DNA of 64,000 nucleotides from positions 93,312,001 through 93,376,000 of the forward strand of contig NC_087436.1 of assembly GCF_036321535.1 (NCBI RefSeq). The letters are read 5' to 3'. The notes below the pieces were generated by a model. It made no database searches, had not been told where the DNA came from, and worked only from the letters and a program-made list of their open reading frames with translations. A program made the position numbers and the translations under genes. The stretch is from Camelus dromedarius (lineage: Eukaryota). Position 1 is the first letter of the stretch; each line of letters opens with the position of its first letter. This document shows, one piece after another, positions 28,186 through 42,600 of the stretch.

Positions 28186-29000
28186 TCACGAGTACTTTTA
28201 ACTACAAATAATATTTGCTTTATGTGCTGACTTTAGAAACTAATGCCTGCAAAACACACTTCTACTTGAACTAAGTCACCAGAAGAAGATGAGGTATATA
28301 AATTGTAAGTGACCTCACAAACACAGGATCAATACTCAGCCATGTAATATGATTATATCTGTGGACCCGATCAATATAGACCCCCCCCCCTTTTTCTGGC
28401 AGAATATGACCACACAAATGGAAAAGTAGAGCACTGAAGGATTAAAATATTTCCCCAACATGGCAGGATAAAACAGCAAATGAGTTGAATCCAAGAATAA
28501 TCCTCCTTGCTATATCCTTGGCAATGATCCAAACAATTTCTTGATTGTTGCAGCTAGGTAATACCATTTGTTTTATTAACTGTGTTTCATCAATAGCAAT
28601 TATTTAACAGTATTGCAGAGAGAAAACAAAATGTGTGGTCAAGATTTACTAACTGTCCCCAAATTCTTCCCATATAATAGTATCCTCTATTTGTACCTTA
28701 GGCACATAGTTATCTAGGATAAAGAGCATATTCAAGCCACCCTGAGAGCTAGGTATGGCCATTTGATTAAATTCCAGACAATCAAATGTCACCAGAAGTT
28801 CTCAACTCAGCACATAAGGCTAACCACTGCCCCTCACGAGCTCAGAGTCCAGTGAGAAGGACGGAAGCCGATACTGACAGGTAACATTTACCCGAATTTT
28901 CAGATAAAGAAACCAAGGTTCAGAGATGCTAAGTCACCTGCTGAATTCCTAACTAGTCAAGTGGAGAAGCCAAAAGTGAGGGCAAGTTTGATGGAAATTT

Positions 29001-29147
29001 TAGGGATGCCCAATAAAATACAGGATACAAAGTTAGATTCAAATTTCAGATAAAGGGACATATTGATACTAAAAATTCTGTTATTGAATCGAAACTCAAA
29101 TCTAACTGGGTGCCTTGTATTTTTATTTGCCAAATCTGGCAACACTA
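29001..29147. mobile_element. MER53 palindromic hAT MITE with an internal deletion
   Basis: tagggatgcccaataaaatacagga...aaatttcagataaa at the left and aaactcaaatctaactgggtgccttgtatttttatttgccaaatctggcaacacta at the right. Confidence 0.85.
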
Positions 29148-29789
29148 GTCAGACTCCCAAGCCCAGACGGCACAGCAACATCGCACACCACGACATGGCC
29201 AGCCCCCGCCCACATCATTCCCTCTGGAGCTATCTGATGACCTGAGTCGCACGAAGCAGGACACAAATGCAGACCTAATACAAACAAGCAATAACTAGTC
29301 CACAAAATGAAGAAAACGATATTCCTCAGAATTCCAGGGAGGCAGAGAGGCTGCCCAGCCTGAGGAGCCTTCCCTCGCTGAGAAAAGCAAGTGCAGCAAG
29401 AATTCACAGGGTCACCCAAGCTTTGGAAAGTAGTGGCAGTACGTTGGCAGAAGGGTCACAGAAAGAGGGCATCCAGGATTTAGGGGGAGGAGGAATGTTG
29501 TTTGCTCTGTGGCTAATGCTTCTTTTCATCTTTCCAGTAAAAAAAAAAAAAAAAAATCCATGGTGCTGACGCTCCTGAGGTGAGTCAACTCCTTATGGTG
29601 AATACAAAGAAGCACCAAGTCTAGCTTTAAGTACAAGAAGAAAGGCTTCAAGGCAAATCATGGGGAGCTGGGGGAGGTGGGGGATTTGACATCTATTTAA
29701 CATAGACTGGAAGGGAAGGTGCAATCAGCAACTACTGACCATGCATGTCCTTGTGCTTTCTATAACAGTTCAGGATCTAGAGCCACAGA

Positions 29790-29936
29790 GCAGTGGTTAC
29801 CAATCCAGCTGGCCATGACAGCCACTCAGGAAGATCACTGAAAGCAGGGCCCCCCAAGGCTGTGAGCAGACTTGGACTCCTTTTTTTTTTAATTTCCCAA
29901 GTGATTCTGATGAGCAGACAGGTTAGGAAATTCTGG
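29790..29936. mobile_element. MER5A-like fragment
   Basis: cagtggttaccaatcc...ttcccaagtgattctgatgagcag...gttaggaaa. Confidence 0.55.
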
Positions 29937-29989
29937 CGCAGATGTCTTATCGGTTTCCTTTTTCAAGTACTGATAATCAAGTACTGTGC

Positions 29990-30510
29990 ATTTTTAACAG
30001 CTTTATGGATACATGAGTTACCTATTATAAAATTCACCCACTGTAGAATCCAATTCAATAATTTTTAGTAAATTTATAGAGTTGTGCAACCTTCACTACA
30101 ATCCAGTTTTAGGACATTTTCGTCATCTCAAAAATCTCCATGCCCACTCGCAGTTCATCCCCACTCTCATCTTCAGCCCCAGACAATCACTGATCTGATT
30201 TCTATCTCTGTAAATCCACCTTTTCAGGACAGTCATATAAATGCAATCATACAATACATTGTCTTTTGCATCTGGTTTCTTCCACTTAGCATAATGTTTT
30301 GGGGGTTCATCCATGTTGTAGGTTATAGCAGTAGTTCCTCTTTATTTCTAAGCAGCATAGTACTCCATTGTATACATAAACCACCTTTCGTTTATCCACT
30401 CTCCTGTTCAGATACTGGGGCTGCTTCCTACTTATTGGCTATTATGAACAGTGCTGCTATGAACATTCACGCACAAGCTTTTGTGTGAACCTATGTTTTC
30501 AATTCTTCCA
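29990..30510 (-). mobile_element. Old L1 (L1MB/L1ME-like) 3' fragment
   Basis: ttttaacagctttat...aaattcaccca...gagttgtgcaacc...cttagcataatgttttggggg ttcatccatgttgtag...gctatgaacattc. Confidence 0.8.
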
Positions 30511-30739
30511 GTATTGGAGATATCTGTCAGTTATCTCCCAGTGTTCTACATGAGTCCACATGATTGAAAACTGAGTTTCAATATCTCCCCTCTCCATTTA
30601 TATTTATCCCATTTTAACTCATCAAAAGTAATTGCTAAAGAATAACAACAGAAATTGCTTGGCTGGTCATTTTGTAAACATATGCAATTCAGAAAAAGTC
30701 ACAGCCAAAAAAGCATTGCTCACAGATTCTTGAGTAATC

Positions 30740-30965
30740 ACAGCTAATAATTGGTGCTTTCTATGTTTCAGACATTTCTATGAATGTCTTTTATATATTA
30801 ACTCCTTCTTCAAAACAGCCCTAAGAGATACGTGCTATTATCATAACCACTTCATAGATAAGGAAACTGAAGTTTGGAGAGATTAAGTAACCTTCCCAAG
30901 CTCTCCCAGCTGCTAATGGTGTAGCTGAATTCCAGCCTGGTCAGTCAGGCTGTCTGCCTGAGTGC
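30740..30965 (-). mobile_element. MIR SINE
   Basis: atagataaggaaactgaagtttggagagattaagtaaccttcccaag core. Confidence 0.7.
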
Positions 30966-33557
30966 TTCAGCCCTCCCCGACAAATACATGTACTAATGTC
31001 CCTATAAGATGGTGCTTCTCCAAGGAGGGTCACAGAAGCCCTCCTGTAGTGGCCTTTGGAAGTCAGACACTGAGTTCTACATGACCAATTTGGTGCTACA
31101 ACTAGATGTCATGTGGACAACTAGCTTGCCTACCAGTCCCCCCACAAAACTCGTGCTGGACTTGATTCCAATTTTTAGTTCTTACTGAGCAATGCATCAA
31201 TTCATTGACTATGTATTATATCTTTTTTGATATTGATCTCCCTCTTCTCAAAATCATTCTAATCAAATCACCCTAGTAACACTATTCCAGGCGTCAAGAT
31301 GATGTCTAAAGGCATCTTAAGGGCCTTCCTCTGCCAACTCCTACAGCTCTCCATTCATTCTTGGCCCTGATACCTGCAGGTGTCTCCAAAAAGGTTGCAC
31401 TACAAAGAAAAATTCATCAGGCTATCTGCTGGGCCTCTTTAGAGCCTTTCTCCATGAGAAAAGGGAAATGAGATCATAAATAACATGACCCACACAGGGC
31501 ACCAAATCCATTCTTTTTTGAGCTCACTTCCTGGAAGCCAGCTGCACAATCTGCATTGCTCTTTCATATCTCATTATCTAGTTTTAGAATTTTCCTTTCA
31601 GAAAAACAAATAAGAGCATTCTACTGAGTTTCCATGGTGATTTTTTTTTTTTTGCTCTCTTTTCTGGAACATTGTTTATAGGCAGAGTAAAATGTGTCAC
31701 AGCATTCTGACAAATGTGAACACCCGCAGATAAGCTTGGTAGTCATCACCCACAAAATTACATCTTCTAAAAATTTGTTGCAGCACTTAGAGAACCCATG
31801 ACAATGGTTTCTGCATCATTCAAAATATCAGGAAAAAAATCTGACTTATCAATTTAATCCATACAAGTTACTCAGGTAATAGATACTCTCAATCTAAAAT
31901 GGCTTTACGTAACAGGGAGCTTACTTATTTGCATTAATTTCCTAAAAAAGATGTCTATACTGAAACAGTAGAATAGAAACAGATGTTCAATCCATATATG
32001 CAGATAAGAATTCTTCACTTGCTTGCTTATCACTAACAGATGAAGGAAGTGCCTTCACTAAGGAAACAAATCTTGCCCAAGTGGAACAGAGCCAGGTCAC
32101 AATTATCCACCGATCCAGAATACAACTGAATTTTCCCGACTTCAAAAGACGAAGAAATTAAGAAACACGAAAAATCAAATTTTCAATTTGAAAATACCAT
32201 AATAGAAGTAGTCCCACCTGCTCACCCAAAGAGGATGTGTCCCCTTGTCCATCAGTTCACTTATACCCAGAAATATATTTTTTCATTCCTTTTGCCTTAA
32301 ATTCCTAGATTTCTTATTCTTTTTTTATGTAAGTTCTGTTACATTCCCAAGCTTATAAAGTTAAGGGCAAACCTTAGTTTGGGTCATCTGCAAGTTATTG
32401 CGGGTTGTATTTAAAATGGATTTTGAAGACAATATTCTACTTATAGAATGATCAGAAAAAAAGAGCATGAAACTCAACGTGTCCAAAATTCCACCTAGGA
32501 CCTTCCCCCTTGCACATCTAAAACACAAAAACAAACTCAGGCTGTTCTTCCTGCTTTGCTGCAAATCTCAACAAATGCCATTACTATGTGACCAATCAGC
32601 CAGGCTAAAAATATTTTATCACCTTAGCCCCTTCCTCCATTACCCAAACTTTCACCTATTTAACATCTGAGTGCAGACGATTCTGTAATAACCAAGAAAG
32701 CAGACCTAATGTGAAGAATCTTTCACTGTCCACACTTTCCCACCTCCCACTCACAACTCACCCCCACCGCAGTCTGGCTTCTACCCCACCACTCCACTGA
32801 ATCGGCTCCAGCCAAGACTCCAACAGCCTTCAGTAGCCAAAGCCAGTGGTCACTCTTCAGTCCATTGTCTGCCTTCTTGGCAGCATTTGAAAATTAATTT
32901 GACGGTTGTGTTCACCCCTTCCTTCTTGAAAACTTGTCTTTCATTAGCTTCCAAGACTCCACTCTCTTAGTTGTCCACCAGCATTTCTGACTTCTCTATC
33001 TTGGTTTTTCAGTACGTTCATCTTCTATTCATCTCTTGAATGTTATATAGTTCTTCCCAGTTCCCTTTTTCCTTCTCGCATACTCCCTGGTCAATTTCAC
33101 CCACTCCCATAGGCTCCATTGCCAGGTGTATAGTCATGATTTACAGTTCTTTTCACTCCAGACTAGATGTTGCCCCTGAATTCCAGACTCTTATAACCAA
33201 TTATCTACTAGACAATTCTATGCGGAGGTTCCAGTAAGCATCTCAAACTCAACTAAAAATAAAAGCCTTATCTTTTTCATGAAACCTGTTCCTCCGACGT
33301 TTCCTAAAGGAGTGAAACACACTACCTACCTCTCCATGACCACTCCAGCAACCTGGGAATCTCCCTTGAGCCACACTCCTCCATCCCCCTACAACCAATC
33401 AATCTTAAGTTCTATTGATTCTAACTTCTAAATATCTCATACTCTACACATGGTTTCTTCAAGCCCATTCAACCCATCATCACCCACCCACCTGGCTCCC
33501 TGCTCTCCCTGATCCAAACTTGCCCTTCCCTCCAGTCCTTTTTCTCCACTGGATGCC

Positions 33558-33627
33558 CACAGTTCTCAAGTCTGGAAACTCACCAGCATCACCTCTGGAG
33601 CCTTAAATACATACATATACACATACA

Positions 33628-33677
<50 letters not shown>

Positions 33678-33793
33678 AGCCACACGCTCTGGTTGTGGTG
33701 ATTCAGTAGGTTTGGAGTGAGACTCAGGTATCTGTATTATTAAAAGCTCCATGAGGTGGTTCTGGTGTGCAGCCAGGATTTAAAAAATCAATT
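33558..33793. mobile_element. MER5A (hAT-Charlie) containing a (CA)n expansion
   Basis: gttctcaag...atcacct...gattcagtaggtttggagtgagac...atctgtattattaaaagctcc...tgcagccagg. Confidence 0.7.
33607..33676. repeat. (CA)n microsatellite
   Basis: Read directly from the sequence. Confidence 0.95.
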
Positions 33794-34914
33794 AGTGTAA
33801 TTTTTCCCAGCACAGCTCTGATCATAATTCACAAGGTCCTTCATGATTAAGCTTTGCTGAGTTTTCTTCTGTTTCTCAAATATGCTGTGTCTCCTCTTAA
33901 TTGGGGCCATAAACCCCACGGTCTCCTGGCTTCAACTCCTCCTTTACCAAACCCTACCTCTTTGCCATTTCCTTCCTCTGAGAGGCCTTCGTTGGAACAC
34001 TCTGTTCCAGATCCAGTGTCCTTCCTAGGCTTCTATGCCCTTCCTTGCTTCCCTTATCCCAGCATGTATGGTGATTGCCTGTTTACCTGTGTAACTGCCC
34101 TAGGAAGACCATAAGCTTCAAGAAAACACATACCTCTCTAATTCACTGTCCCCCAAGCACCTACCACCAAGCCAAACACAGAGTAGATGCTTAAAAAGGA
34201 AATTAACAGTTGATAATATTTATGAGAAAGACTTACAACTGATTAGTTAAAAGATGGGAAATTCAATAGTAAAAAGATTAACACAGTTCTGTTGGAGGGA
34301 AAAAACAGTGGTAAGACCTATATAAGCTCTATCTTCATGAGACATGGAAGACGCCACCAAAAAGACTTATCTTGAGTGCTATCTCTACTGAAGATTGAGT
34401 AGAGAATCCCCAGAGGAAAGGGGATATTTCACATTCAGGGAACCAAATGTGCAAAGGCAGCAGTGTACAGATTCCCTAATTGTATCAGTTTTACACCCAA
34501 ATGGCTCTGGCAACCAACCTCTCTTTTTCAAACCTGCGATTATTCCCTAATTCAGGCCTTCTGCACCAATCAATTGAACTACTGCAAAATCCTCCCTCTG
34601 GCCTGGAATTTCCTCTTCCTATTGTTGCCTAAAGTACAGACTGATAATACTGTTCCCGCTGCTATAAATAAATGATAAATACATACATAAAACCTCTGAC
34701 AGCTGTCCCCAGCCCATGAATAATCATGTCTACAGTTCATACCAAGGCATCTAAAGTTCCATGGATACAGCCCCAACCTAGTTTTTCAGTCTTACCTGTA
34801 CCTCATACTAACCTCCATTCTACCTACAAACCCATCTGTCATGTTTCACCACACTGGACTGCTCTCTACTGTGCAGTTCTACCTCCCATTTTCATGTTTC
34901 CATGTTTTCACTCA

Positions 34915-35640
34915 TTGTGTTAGCTACCTAGTCCACAATAATGCTATGTAACCACCAAGCACAAACTTCAGTGGCAAACAACAATAAGCATTTATTGCTC
35001 ATGCATCTGGAGTCAGCAGGCAGGTACTTCTGCTGGTCTTGGATGGATACATTCGTAAGTCCAGGGCAATGGTTCTCAATCAGGGGTAGTTTTCTCTCTT
35101 AGGGGATACTTGGCATGTCTGGAGACTCTTCTGGTTGCCACAGCTGGAGGGAGGTGGGAGCTACTGGCATCTAGTAGGTAGAGGCCAGTGATGATGCTAA
35201 ACATCCTAAAATCGATATCCTCCCACAACAAAGAATTATCCAACTCCAATAATCCAACTCCAAATGTGCCACTGTCAAGGAGCCCTGCTATAGGTGCTGG
35301 CTGGCTGTAAGCTGACTTAAGATGGGCTTGTCTGGGATAATGGGACGACCTGGCTCTGTCCATGTTCTCTCATCCTCCTTCAGGCTATCTTGGGCATCTT
35401 GTCACAGGGATGCAAATGAGCAAGAACAAGTAGAGTTACTCAAGGCATTTTACAGCCTGAGCTTGGAGCTGGTACATCGTCATTTCTGCCATATTCTATT
35501 TACCAAAGCAAGTCCAAAGGCCTTCCTTGATCAACAGGGTAGGGAAACAAGACTCCACTTCCTTAGTAAAAAGAACTGCATTCACTTGGCAAAGGGTGCG
35601 TATAGGACAGGATAAAGAATGGGTGCGATCAACCACACTC
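34915..35640 (-). mobile_element. MaLR LTR (MLT1H/I-like) split by MER20
   Basis: aataatgctatgtaaccacc...cttcagtggcaaacaacaataagcatttatt...catttctgccatattctattt, the reverse complement of MLT1 features. Confidence 0.65.
35067..35287. mobile_element. MER20 (hAT-Charlie) nested in an MLT1 LTR
   Basis: caatggttctcaatcagggg...ttggcatgtctggagac...gctactggcatctagtaggtagaggccag...gctaaacatcct...acaaagaattatcc. Confidence 0.85.
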
Positions 35641-35888
35641 ATTCTTTTCTCTCTATGGGGGAAATATGAACTTGGAATTACAGAAGTTTTCTCTTCCCTC
35701 TGCTACCTCTTGTTTATATTCTTCTTCTGGTATATAAAATATTCCACTTTGTGTTACCTACACTCAAGGCAGCCAGTATGCACTGAACTGACCGTCTGTG
35801 GCTGGCGCCGCTGTAACTGGGCTGTTCTGACTGGTTGGTATGGTGCTGTTTTAATAACAGTTCTTAAATTTTTTTTACCTTTGCTTAC

Positions 35889-35938
35889 TCTTATTTGTAT
35901 TCCTGCTTATCTTATCTTATTTGTATTCCTGCTTATCT
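35889..35938. repeat. Tandem duplication, period 26
   Basis: tcttatttgtattcctgcttatct at 35889-35912 and 35915-35938. Confidence 0.9.
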
Positions 35939-36402
35939 CCCACACTGAGGTGAAGAGTCACTCACTTGAAAAAAGAATCTATGTCTTACCCTTCCTTGGG
36001 CATTCAGTGCCTGGCAGTACCTGAAACAATGCAGGTGTTCAAGAACTTTTTATTTAATAAATGAATGTATTCACACAAAGGACAGTGACTATGATATGAG
36101 CTTATACCCTGGGATATCTGTGATTTGATCCAGAAAATAGGAAGATTCTCCTAAAGAAACTGTTGTCAAATTTGCTCAGGTGTCTGGAATTTCATACTCT
36201 TCTTTGGAGTTCACCATGAAACACTGATATTTTCTTCCATCACATGAATTAAGAACAATGTTGTTGGCAGAAACTGTAACTATATTCCCCGGATGCACAT
36301 CCCTTCACACACACCCACAGAAATAATCATGAAAATACGTTTTAAATCTTACATTTGCCAATATTTCCCTGTGCAACTTATTCTCACTTGTTTTGTCATC
36401 TG

Positions 36403-36544
36403 CTGGGTTCTCCACCCTGGCTGCACATTGGAATCACTTGGGGGAAACTTTTATGAAATAACAGTGCCCAGGCCCTGATCCAGATCATTTTAAATCAAAA
36501 GCTCCCAAGTGATTCTAATGTGCAGTCAGAGCTGAGAACTGCTG
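36403..36544. mobile_element. MER5A-like, internally deleted
   Basis: ggttctccaccctggctgcacattggaatcacttggg...ctcccaagtgattctaatgtgcagtcagagctgagaactgctg, with inverted arms. Confidence 0.8.
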
Positions 36545-36977
36545 AGCACAAGCTGTCCACTAACAGGGAGGCAGTAATTATGATTGCATGCTTACTTTAA
36601 AAAATAAAATTTGAGAAAGTCCCAAATCTCTGTAGGATTTTGTTTGAACAAAAAGCTTCAGAATCAAGCAAAATTTTGAGCAACGTGGGTTTAGGAATAA
36701 ACAGTTCATATGATCAGTGATTATATGCATCAAGTGATTCTGGGTTCAGAGGCTCTTTTATTCCTGTATTGTTGTTGCTTATAATTTTACAATTTAAAAG
36801 ACCACATCTGTTTTGGAAAATACATCTAGAGAGAGCATCACAAACTCACCATTTATCCAAATAGACTGGATTAGGACAAATTATTATGTCAAAATATCTA
36901 ATACTGAATCTCTTATATGTAAAGCATGATACATGATCAATTAGAGTTAAAAGTACATGTTGATTCTATAGCCACTT

Positions 36978-37200
36978 ACAGTGGTTTAAAAATATGTCCA
37001 AAAATTCTTTGATGCTCCTCCCCTCAAAAGGTGAAGTCTTTTGAGTATGGGTTATACTTGGTGACTCTTTACCAAGGAAGAGAATGTGGAAGCTATGGAA
37101 GACTAGGAAGTCTGAGACCAGATCATAATAGGACCATGGCTTCCTCCTTGCCCCTGTGAATCACTCACTTGGGAAGGAAGTGAGCAATCATACTATAAAG
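36978..37200 (+). mobile_element. MaLR LTR (MLT1F-like), 5' half, interrupted by the L1
   Basis: Starts ...gtggtttaaaatatgtccaaaaattctttgatgctcctcccctcaaaagg, resembling the MLT1F start. It stops at the L1 5' end. Confidence 0.7.
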
Positions 37201-38338
37201 ATAGGCTGAAGGGCCAAGATGGCAGAGTAGAAGGAGCCAGAGTTCACGTCCTCTTACCAACACACCAAAATCACAACTAACTGCATAACAACCATCAACC
37301 ACCAATTGCAGAACAACAGCAACCTAAAAGACTGGAACCGATCAGAAAAGATCTTGCATAACTAAAGACATAAAGAAGGAAACACAACAAGATGGATAGG
37401 AGGGGTGGACTCGCAATATAATCAAATCCTATACCCCTCCCAGGTGGGCGACCCACAAATTGGAGAATAATTATATTGCAGAGGTTCTCCCACAGGAGTG
37501 AGGGTTCTAAGTCTCACATCAGGTTCCCCAGCCCAGGGGTCCAATACTAGGAAGAGAAGCCCCCAGAGTATTTCGCTTTGAAGGCCAGTGGGGCTTAACT
37601 GAAGGAGCTCCACGGGATTGAGGGGAACAGAGACTTCATTCTTAGAGGATGCACACAAAATCTCATGCTCACCGGGACCAAAGGCAAAAGCAGTAATTTC
37701 ATAGAAGCCTGGGCCAGATCTACCTGCTGGTCTTGGAGGGACTCAAGGGGAGGTGGGAGTAGCTGTGGCTCACCCTGGGAACACAGATATTGGTGGCAGA
37801 CATATCAGGGAGCAGTAATCTGCAAGAACTCTCTTGGAGGCTGACATCTTGCTTGGGTCATTAGCACCAAAATCTGGCCCCATCCAATCCCACCTGTAGG
37901 ATCCAATGCCTGTTTGCCTCAGGCCAAACAACAAACTGGGTGGAGGCACATCCCCACCCATCAGCAGACAGGCTGCCTAAAGACTTCCTGAGCCCACAGC
38001 CACCTATAGACATGGCCCTGCCTACCAGAAGGCCAAGACCCAGTTCCACCCACCAGTAGGCAGGCACCAGCCCCTCATACCAGGAAGCCTTCACAAGCCT
38101 CTAGACGAGACTCATCCACCAGACACTAGACACTAGAAGCAAGAAAAATACAATCCTCCAGGCTGCAGAATGAGGCCAGACCCTATGCCAGGACCAGCTG
38201 GCCCCTGGCCTTGGGTGACAAGAGGGGAGTGCACTGCTGGAATGCATAGGACATCTCTTACAGAGAGCCACTTTTCCAAGGTTGAGAAAGTAACTAACCT
38301 ACTACATACATAAAAACACAAATAGAAATTTAGACAAA

Positions 38339-39230
38339 ATGAGGCAGCAGAGGAATATGTTCCAGACAAAGGAACAAGATAAAATCCTAGAAGAACTAAG
38401 TGACATGAAGATAGGCAATCTACCCAAGAAAGAGTTCAGAATAATGATTGTAAAGATGATCAAAGAACTCAAGAGGAGAATGAACAGAGTGAGAAATTAG
38501 AAATCTTTGACAAAAAGTTCGAAAATATAAAGAACAACCAAATAGAGTTGAAGAATACAATAACTGCAATGAAAAATACTCTAGAAGGAATCACTAGTAC
38601 ACTAAACGAGGCAGAAGAAAAGATCAGTGAGCTGGAGGACAGAGTAGTGGAAATCACTATTACATAACAGAAAAAAGAATGAAAAGAAATAAGGACAATT
38701 TAAGAGACCTCTGGGACAACATCAAGTGCAGTAATATTCACATTATAAGGGTCCTAGAAGGAGAAGACAGAGAGAAAGGGCCTGAGAAAATATTTGAAGA
38801 GATAACAGCTGAAGAATTCTCTAACCTGGGAAAGGAAACAGTTACTCAAGTTGAGGAAGCACACAGAATCCCATACAAGATTAACCCTAAGAGGAATACA
38901 TCGAGACACATTGGAATTAAAATGACAAAAATTAAAGATAAAGAGAGAATATTAAAAAGCAACAAGGCAAAAGCAACAAATAACATACAAGGGAACTCCC
39001 ATAAGATTACTAGCTGATTTCTCAGTAGAAACTCTCCAAACCAGAAGGGAGTGGCATGATATTTAAAGTGATGAAAGTGGAAAACCTACAGTCAAGAATA
39101 CTCTACCCAGCAAGGCTCTCATTCAGATTTGATAGAGAAATCAAAAGCTTTACAGATAAGCAAAAGCTAAAAGAATTTAGCACCATCAAGCCAGCTTTAC
39201 AATAACTGCTAAAGGAACTTGTCTGGACAG
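38339..39230 (+). pseudogene. L1 ORF1p remnant (frameshifts and stops)
   Basis: ATG at 38339 (MRQQRNMFQTKEQDK). ORF-track fragment 38679-39017 is ORF1-like. The end coordinate is approximate. Confidence 0.85.
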
Positions 39231-39619
39231 AAAAGAAAAGGCCACAACTAGAAATAAGAGATTACTAACTGGAAAAGTTAACTAGTAAAGGCAAACATAC
39301 AGTATAGGTAGGAAATCATATAAACACAAACTAATAGGAAGGTTAAAAGGCAAAAGTAGGGAAATCATCTATACCCACAATAAGCAGGTAAGGAATACAC
39401 AAAACAATTAGATATAAAATATGACATCAAAAACAGTAATCATGAGGCAAGGAGAGTACAGTTGTAGGGTTTTTAAAATACATTTGAAATTAAGAGATCA
39501 ACAACTTAAAATAATATACAAACAAAAAAAAAAAAAGGAATTCAAACTTAATACCATGGATAGTCATTAAATCACAAGAGAAGAGAACAAAAGAAGAAAG
39601 GGTGAAAAAGGTTGCAAAA

Positions 39620-42600
39620 GAGCAACAAGAACATGCATATCAATAATTACCTTAAATGTAAATAAACAAATGCTCCAACCAAAAAACTGGCTGAATGGAT
39701 ACAAAAACAAGACCCATATATTTGCAGCCCATAAGAGACTCACTTCAGATCTAGACACATACACAGACTGAAAGTGAGGGGATGGAAAAGATATTCCATG
39801 CAAATGGAAACCAAAAGAAAGCTGGAGTAGCAATATTTATATCAGACAAAATAGGCTTTACAATAAAGACTGTTACAAGAGATGAAGAAAGACACTACAT
39901 AATGATCCAGGGATCAATCCAAGAAGATATAACAATTGAAAACATACATGCACCCAGCACAGGAGTGCCTCAATATATAAGGAAAATGTTAACAGATATA
40001 AAGGGGAAAACTGGCAGTAATACAATAATAGTGGGGGACTTTAACAACTCACTTAAATCAATGGACAGATCATCCAGACAGAAAATCAATAAGGAAACAC
40101 AGGCTTTAAATGACATATCAGACCAGATGGATTTAACTGACGTTAATAGAGTATTCCATCTGAAAGCAGCAAAATACACATTCCTTTCAAGTGTACAGGA
40201 TAAATCAGATGCTGGGCCACAAAGCAAGCCTTGGAAAATTTAAGAAAACAGAAATCATCAAACATCTTTTCCAACTACAACACTATGATATTAAAAATCA
40301 AGTACAAGAAAAAGACTGCAAAAAACACAAACACGTGGAGGTTAAACAATATGCTACTAAAAAACAAATGGATCACTGAAGAAATCAAAAAGGAAATCAA
40401 AAAACACCTAGAGACAAATTAAAATGAAAACATGACAATCAAAACCTATAGGACACAACAAAAGCAGTTCTAAGGGGAAGTTTATAGTGATACAAGCTTA
40501 CCTCAGGAAACAAGAAAAATCTCAAATAAACAACCTAACCTTACATCTAAAGCAACCAGAGAAATAACAAACAAAACCCAAAGTTAGTAGAAGGAAAGAA
40601 ATAATAAATATTAGAGCAGAAATAAATGAAATAGAGACTAAAAATATAGAAAAGATCAATGAAACTAAAAGCTGGTTCTTTGGAAAAATAAACAAAATTG
40701 ATAAATCTTTAGCCAGACTCATCAAGAAAAAAAGCGAGAGGGCCCAAATCAATAAAATCAGAAATGAAAAAGGAGAAGTTACAAAAAACACCACAGAAAT
40801 ACAAAGGATTATAAGAGACTACTACAAGCAACTATATGCTAATATAATAGACAACCTAGAAGAAATGGACAAATTCCTAGAAAGGTACAATCTCCCAAAA
40901 TTGAACCAGGAAGAAATAGAAAATATGAACAGACAATTACCCATACTGAAATCAAATCAGTAATTTAAAAACTTCCAACAAACAAAAGTCCGGGATCAGA
41001 TGGCTTCATGGGCGAATTCTATCAAGCATTAAGAGAAAGGTTAACTCCTATCCTTCTGAAACTATTCCAAAAAATTGCAGAGGAAGGAACACTTCCAAAC
41101 TCATTCAATGAGGCCACTATCACCACGATACCAAAACCAGACAAAGACATCACAAAAAAAAAGAAAATTACAGGCCAATATCACTGATGAACATAGGTGC
41201 AAAAATCCTCAACAAACTACTAGCAAATAGAATCCAACAATGCATTAAAATGATCATACACCATGATCAAGTGGGATTTATTCTAAGGATGCAAGGATTT
41301 TTCAGTATCCACAAATTAATCAATATGATACACCACATTAACAAATTGAAGAATAAAAAACTATAGAATCATCTCAATAGACACAGAAAAAGCTTTTGAT
41401 AAAATTCAATATCCAGAAAGTGGGTAAAGAGGGAACATAACTCAACATAATAATAAAGGCCATATATACAAACCCACAGCTAACATCATACTCAGTGGTG
41501 AAAAGCTGAAATCATTTCCTCTAAAATCAAGAACATGATAAAGATGCCCACACTTGCCACTTTTACTCAACATAGTTTTGGAAGTCCTAGCCATAGCAAT
41601 CAAAGAAAAAGAAATAAAAGGAATCCAAATTGAAAAAGAAGAAGTAAAACTGTGACTGTTTGCAGATAACATGATACTATACATAGAAAAACCCTAAAGA
41701 AGTGACCAGAAAACTACTAGAGATCATCAATGAATTTGGTAAATTGCAGTTTACAAAATTAATATACAGAATTTTGGTGCATTTCTATATACTGACAACA
41801 AAGTATCAGAAAAAGAAATAAAGGAAACAGTCCCATTTACCATTGTATCAAAAAGAATAAAATACCCAGGAATAAACCTACCTAAGGAGGCAAAAGTCCT
41901 GTACTCCAAAAACTATAAGACACTGATGAAAGAAATTGAAAACAACACAAATAGATGGAAAGATGTACCATGTTTTTGAATTGGAAGAATCAATATTGTT
42001 AAAATGGCAATACTACACAAGGCAATATACAGATTCAGTGTAATCCTTATCAATTTACCAATGGCATTTTTTATAGAACTGGAACAAAAAATTTTTAACT
42101 TTGTATGGAAACACAAAAAACTCTGAATAGCCAAAACAATCTTGAGAAAGAAGAATGGAGCTGGAGGAATCAGGCTCCCTGGCTTCAGACTATGCTACAA
42201 AGCTATAGTAATCAAAAGAGTATGGTTCTGGCACAAAAACAGACATACAGGTCAATGGAACAGGATAGAAATAAAACCAAGCACTTACGGTCAATTAATT
42301 GATGACAAAGGAGGCAAGAATATACAATGGAGGAAAAATAGTCTCCTCAATAACTGGACAGCTACATGTAAAAGAATGAAATTAGAACATTCTCTAACAC
42401 CATATACAAAAATAAACTCAAAATGGATTACTTAAATTTAAGACCGTATACTATGAAACTCCTAGAGGAAAACATAGGCAGAACACTCTTAGACATAAAT
42501 CGCAGCAATATTTTTTTGGATCTGTCTCCTAGAGCAATGGAAATAAAAGCAGAAATAAACCAATGGGACCTAACTAAACTTAAAAAACTTTTTCACAGCA

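Larger units (their letters stand above)
32750..34205 (+). mobile_element. LINE-2 fragment (RT region to 3' end), interrupted by MER5A and (CA)n
   Basis: cagtctggcttctaccccaccactccactgaa (QSGF.PHHSTE RT motif), catctcaaactcaac and a degenerate L2 3' end. Confidence 0.7.

Noticed and set aside
31525..31536. Composite ETS/STAT motif cacttcctggaa
   Set aside because: A single short motif. TTCCTGGAA also recurs inside repeats in this window, and there is no independent support.
35527..36024. 165-aa hydrophobic ORF
   Set aside because: It spans LTR and L2 remnants and a tandem duplication. The hydrophobicity reflects T-rich DNA.
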